Below are positions 58,188 to 64,000 of a DNA stretch of 64,000 nucleotides, piece by piece; position 1 is the first letter of the stretch; every line of letters begins with the position of its first letter. Origin of the DNA: Synechococcales cyanobacterium VAR_4_metabat_354 (GTDB lineage Bacteria > Cyanobacteriota > Cyanobacteriia > Cyanobacteriales > Chamaesiphonaceae); the NCBI GenBank assembly GCA_031414775.1, contig JANOQI010000041.1, forward strand, positions 128,001 through 192,000, written 5' to 3'. The notes beneath the pieces were generated by a model that saw only the letters and a program-made list of their open reading frames with translations, searched no databases and was not told where the DNA came from. Position numbers and translations under genes: made by a program.

Positions 58188-59576
58188 CTATTTCTTTTTT
58201 ACTAAGAAGTAAGCATTGGTATATTCTGGCAATTGCTTAGTGTATTCCTTGAATTTTTGCTGATTGTCAAATACTCCAGCTAAAAAGTCTAACTGATGGA
58301 GGTTGGGTAAAAAAGCGCCGCCGGTATCAGCAATTACTCCCAACCGTAATTGTTTATTTTTGCCTTTCCGATCTTCAATCACCACAATTTTCCCTAAGCC
58401 AATATTTAAAACATCACCAGCGAAAGTTACTCCTGGCTCGATCGGAATTTTCGCTTCCATTTTATGGCCATAGCCTTTGATGTTTTGGACTTGTTTAAAG
58501 TACCAATATCTTTTCTGTTGACGTTTGTCTAAGCCTTTAATATAGGGAACTTCATTACTGCGATCGACATTGAAAATACTTTGAGAGCCATCTGCGAACT
58601 TAATAACCGTAGTTCCTTCCATCAGGGCATCTTCCAAGGCATCCCGTGTCAGGTAAGCGAGGGGTTTCGCCCCCCCTTTCTGAGTTCCGCTAGACTCATA
58701 GACACCATCCAAAACTTGTTGTTTGGTATATTTGCGATAATCGGTATCAATTTGATTATCTTTGATCTGATACAGAGCGGTGTCATACAGCGGTGTTTTG
58801 GTTCGCGATCCAGGATGGGTGAAAACCGCGTATTTAGTCATACGCACCTGTTTGCGATCAGGTTCTTTCGGATTGGCCGCATTCCACTTAATTACTTGAA
58901 AGTTTTTCTTGATAAAATCATTATTTTGAAGTCTTAGTGGCCGTTTGGCCGCTAGATCTTCTTGTAAAACCTGAGTCATGAAATTCAGGGTGTTTACCGT
59001 ATCGGTTACTGTCACACCCTGATTAGCTAAAATTCCATCCCTAGATAAGTCGGGATCAGTATTAATATTTTGAGCGAAATAAGCCTTGGTATTATTCAGC
59101 ACCTTGAGTAATTTCTGGGCATCAAAATTAACGGCGGCTGGTGGTAAAATTCCTGGACTTAGGACTTTTTGGCTACTAACTTTAAATTGATTTTTCTTAA
59201 GTTCGTCAATAACTTGATATTGCTCGGTAGATTTGCTGGTAGCCGGCGGTGTTGAGGGAGTGATCGTTGGACTATTGGATGGCCCAATCGATGCAGATCC
59301 GGGTGGCATCACACCGAAACTAGGAGTGGAACCGGCCGACAAAATGCTAGGGGGAACTGTTGTTAGACCCGGTGCAGGGGAGACGCTACTGGAACTAGAG
59401 GGTGATGGGAAGAGCGTGGGACTAGCTGACGATGGAATTAGTAATGGTGTCGGGCTAATAGATGGCTTGATGGCCTGAGGCGTTGGCGGTTTATTTTTGT
59501 TGCAGCTAGTGATAGCTATCATTAACAAAATTATCGGAAAAAACTTGAGAATAAATGAATTAGAATTTTGATACAT
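58188..59576 (-). CDS. MltA/3D-domain lipoprotein (lytic transglycosylase-like)
   Basis: Lipobox-like ITSC, Pro/Ser/Thr-rich linker, 3D-domain motifs FAGD, ADTGGAF, LDF. Confidence 0.72.
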   Translation of the reverse strand: MYQNSNSFILKFFPIILLMIAITSCNKNKPPTPQAIKPSISPTPLLIPSSASPTLFPSPSSSSSVSPAPGLTTVPPSILSAGSTPSFGVMPPGSASIGPSNSPTITPSTPPATSKSTEQYQVIDELKKNQFKVSSQKVLSPGILPPAAVNFDAQKLLKVLNNTKAYFAQNINTDPDLSRDGILANQGVTVTDTVNTLNFMTQVLQEDLAAKRPLRLQNNDFIKKNFQVIKWNAANPKEPDRKQVRMTKYAVFTHPGSRTKTPLYDTALYQIKDNQIDTDYRKYTKQQVLDGVYESSGTQKGGAKPLAYLTRDALEDALMEGTTVIKFADGSQSIFNVDRSNEVPYIKGLDKRQQKRYWYFKQVQNIKGYGHKMEAKIPIEPGVTFAGDVLNIGLGKIVVIEDRKGKNKQLRLGVIADTGGAFLPNLHQLDFLAGVFDNQQKFKEYTKQLPEYTNAYFLVKKK

Positions 59577-59750
59577 AAGCTGGGGTTTTATAGTGATATT
59601 ATCAACTGTAATACTAGTATATTCTATTGTTTTCGCTATATTTTAGGTCATCGTAACATCTGACTGCTCTTCTCTGCTGTAGTATATCGGACTATTGGCT
59701 GGTCAATCAGTAATACTTGGGAGACATAGCCGTGTGCATCAAAAAAAAAT

Positions 59751-60590
59751 ATGTTAAATATTCTCACTGAACCGCTGCACTATGAATTCTTGCGCAATGC
59801 GATCGCTATTGGTCTCCTGGTAGGGATGCTCTGTCCAATCGTCGGTAGTTATCTGATTGTGCAGCGGATGGCTCTACTGGGAGATGTGATTGCCCATTGC
59901 GTTCTGCCGGGACTGTCAATTTCCTATTTTTTGGGGATCGATATTTTGGTTGGAGCCTTTACTTCTGGGTTGCTTGGTTCTTTTCTGATTGCTGGTATTC
60001 GATCGCAATCGCGGATTAAAGTTGATTCGGCCATGGCTCTCACTTTTTCAACTTTTTTTGCGCTGGGGGTGACACTCATTACGGTACTGAAGAATAAACG
60101 CCTCTTAGATGAATTTTTATTTGGCGATATTTTGAGCATCAACCAGAGTGATATTCTGCGTACTGCGATCATTACGGCGGTTATTTTGTTAGCAGTGGTT
60201 TTATTCTACAAGGAGCTACTGTTTTATGTGTTCGATCAAACAGCGGCTCAAGCCAGTGGTCTGCCGGTTAAAACTATCTATGTCGGATTTATGATGGCGA
60301 TTACCCTCACCATTATTGCCAGTATGCAGGCCGTGGGAGTAATTCTGGTGATTGCCCTGCTGATCGGTCCAGCTCTCACGGCCTATTTACTGGTAAAAGA
60401 ACTCCATCACATGATGTTGCTAGGAGCTGGTATTGGCATGGTGGCTAGTACCGTGGGGATCTATTTGAGTTACTACTTCAACTTACCATCGGGTCCAGCT
60501 ATTGTTCTAGTGTCCTCCACAATTTTTGTTTTAGTATTGTTATTTGACCCGCAGAACGGCTTGATTATGACCCAACTAAACAAGCCTTAA
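59751..60590 (+). CDS. Mn/Zn/Fe ABC transporter permease (ZnuB/MntB family)
   Basis: RMALLGDVIAHCVLPG, FLFGDIL, VGVILV..LLIGP, PSGPAIVL. Confidence 0.93.
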   Translation: MLNILTEPLHYEFLRNAIAIGLLVGMLCPIVGSYLIVQRMALLGDVIAHCVLPGLSISYFLGIDILVGAFTSGLLGSFLIAGIRSQSRIKVDSAMALTFSTFFALGVTLITVLKNKRLLDEFLFGDILSINQSDILRTAIITAVILLAVVLFYKELLFYVFDQTAAQASGLPVKTIYVGFMMAITLTIIASMQAVGVILVIALLIGPALTAYLLVKELHHMMLLGAGIGMVASTVGIYLSYYFNLPSGPAIVLVSSTIFVLVLLFDPQNGLIMTQLNKP

Positions 60591-61530
60591 AACCTTCTTT
60601 GAGGGCTGCTTCCTGAAGATTGCGACCAATGAAAACCAGTTGATTATGACGAGTTTCGTCGGGTTTCCAATCTCGATCGCGGCGGCCATCAAAAATCATA
60701 TGCACTCCCTGGAACACGAATCTTTGTTCTTGACCGACCAGATTCAAAATTCCTTTCATCCGAAAAATATCTTGGCCTTGGGTTTCTAATAGCTTACTCA
60801 TCCACTGATGAAGCTTTTCTCCATCGATGCTACCCGGTTCTACAATAGCGATCGAACCAACTGTTTCATCATGTTCGTGGGCTTCTTCCCCTAAAAATTC
60901 CGGGTCAATCTCCAACGCTCGATCTAAGCTGAAAGCCGAGACACCTAATATTTGTTCTAGATCCAACTCGGCATTTTGCGTCCGATAGATCTTGGCGATC
61001 GCATTCATCTGCCGGATTTTTTGTTCCAGCTGATCCAATGTCTCACTGGTCACTAGGTCTGTTTTATTGAGTGCGATCACATCAGCAAAGGCAATCTGCT
61101 CTTGTACTTCCTCCGCATCCCAATGCTGAGCAATATGCTTGGCATCGACCATCGTCACCACCGCATCTAAATGGGTTTGGGCTTGCACATCGTCATCCAC
61201 AAAAAAGGTTTGAATCACTGGTGCCGGATCAGCCAAGCCAGTGGTTTCAATCACTAGGTGGTCAAATTTGTCCCGGCGGCGCATCAAATTGCCAATGATC
61301 CGAATTAAATCGCCCCGGACAGTGCAACAAATACAACCATTATTCATTTCAAAAATTTCCTCATCGGCATCAATTACTAACTGATGATCGATCCCAACCT
61401 CACCAAATTCGTTGACAATGACAGCAATTTTCTTACCGTGCTCATAAGTCAAAATCCGATTTAGGAGCGTGGTTTTACCCGCACCCAGATAGCCAGTAAG
61501 CAGGGTGACGGGAATAGTAGTGCTATCCAT
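60565..61530 (-). CDS. COG0523/CobW-family metal-binding GTPase
   Basis: GYLGAGKTT, NEFGE, GCICC, ETTGLA, NKTD, RMKG, FQGVH. Confidence 0.95.
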   Translation of the reverse strand: MDSTTIPVTLLTGYLGAGKTTLLNRILTYEHGKKIAVIVNEFGEVGIDHQLVIDADEEIFEMNNGCICCTVRGDLIRIIGNLMRRRDKFDHLVIETTGLADPAPVIQTFFVDDDVQAQTHLDAVVTMVDAKHIAQHWDAEEVQEQIAFADVIALNKTDLVTSETLDQLEQKIRQMNAIAKIYRTQNAELDLEQILGVSAFSLDRALEIDPEFLGEEAHEHDETVGSIAIVEPGSIDGEKLHQWMSKLLETQGQDIFRMKGILNLVGQEQRFVFQGVHMIFDGRRDRDWKPDETRHNQLVFIGRNLQEAALKEGFKACLVGS

Positions 61531-61595
61531 AATTGAATTGTAATGAGGGAACTTGTTGACCAGACCCTAATTGTAACGGTATTCCTGGCATATTC

Positions 61596-62105
61596 TTAAA
61601 CAGCCATAGGTAGGGTGATTTCATCAATGACCTCCGCCAGCACCTGGCGAACTTGATAAAGCTCTTGATCGCTAGCGGCTGCTAAGATCACAAATTCACC
61701 AGCTTTAATTTGAGCTTCCGATTGTAAAGCCTGGTATGGAGAGATTCCTAATGCGCCCAAAGCGCCAATAATACCACCGAACGCTGTCTGACCATCCTGA
61801 TTCACTACTACTTTTTTCAGCCAACCAGCTAGCACCCCAGCGATCGGTCCCGCAATTACTATTAGACCAATATCACGAATAAAAAGCATCCCAGCCCCGG
61901 CCAGCATACTAAATAAACCACCACTTAAATCTCGTGATCGATTCTGCCAGAGCTGTAATCCTCGCCCTGATGGATTAGTTTGACTGTTTTTACCAATGAC
62001 CGAAAGTTTGTTGATGTCAAAACCAACTTTTTCCAGTTTTAATATTGCTATTTTGGCGATGGATTGAGAAGGTAAATTTCCCACAATTGTATGTGCGTAA
62101 GTCAT
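61596..62105 (-). CDS. General stress protein-like membrane protein (YflT/DUF1269-like)
   Basis: L...GF....LSVIGK, Gly-rich hydrophobic core IAGP, GALGALGI, IKAGEF. Confidence 0.6.
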   Translation of the reverse strand: MTYAHTIVGNLPSQSIAKIAILKLEKVGFDINKLSVIGKNSQTNPSGRGLQLWQNRSRDLSGGLFSMLAGAGMLFIRDIGLIVIAGPIAGVLAGWLKKVVVNQDGQTAFGGIIGALGALGISPYQALQSEAQIKAGEFVILAAASDQELYQVRQVLAEVIDEITLPMAV

Positions 62106-62307
62106 GGAATTATTTCCTAGATTTAATCTGAATTTATTTAATGGGCTATATGCTAAATCTAAAATGTGAGATTCTTGTGAGCATTTTGTCTTGACTGATC
62201 TGCGCCAGGAGTTGATGAATTTCCCCAGCGCTCTCCGCCATTAAATAGCCGAAAGATCCAGCCGAGGCTATACACTGTTAGTGCGCTGAATTCATGCAAT
62301 TTTTTAA

Positions 62308-63939
<1,632 letters not shown>

Positions 63940-64000
63940 GAAATTTGGCGATAAAGCTGGGAGAATGGAAATATTCCAACTATCCCAGCATCTATGAGTC

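Noticed and set aside
56089..58188. GGTTGGATGAGTT / AACTCATCAACC as terminal inverted repeats
   Set aside because: Needs a gap, is short, and no transposase is present.
59590..59625. TGATATTATCA upstream of the metal permease as a Zur box
   Set aside because: Only a 5-1-5 palindrome; it does not fit the 7-1-7 TGATAATnATTATCA pattern.
62165..62181. TGTGAG..TGTGAG upstream of pgm as a CRP site
   Set aside because: Direct repeat, not the TGTGA-N6-TCACA palindrome.

Overview
Cyanobacterial chromosomal segment (psbK, abundant CGATCG/HIP1-type palindromes). Order: partial pepA; a desaturase/SDR, carotenoid oxygenase and BT1 transporter block; Fet4-like permease, SusB-type sucrose synthase and a GH65/beta-PGM fusion; a ~21 kb polysaccharide locus in two converging arms (Wzc, Wzy-like, Wzm/Wzt, 8 glycosyltransferases, 3 methyltransferases, acetyltransferase, AsnB-type amidotransferase, Uma2); psbK; a pseudo-orthocaspase; a PatA/CheY/CheW/MCP/CheA taxis cluster with two DXCIP-type cyanobacteriochrome GAF domains that lack the canonical Cys, one of them in a stand-alone membrane-anchored protein; DAACS symporter, Gpx, lepA, DUF4149-like and TPR proteins; xfp-ackA; a DsbA-like protein; an orphan protelomerase-family gene; MltA/3D protein, metal ABC permease, COG0523 GTPase and pgm. 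The most notable signal is the protelomerase gene and its upstream region, where two 11-bp inverted arms and an ACGCGCGT core look like an N15 telRL-type palindrome split by 330 bp. All calls come from reading motifs by eye; no searches were run.
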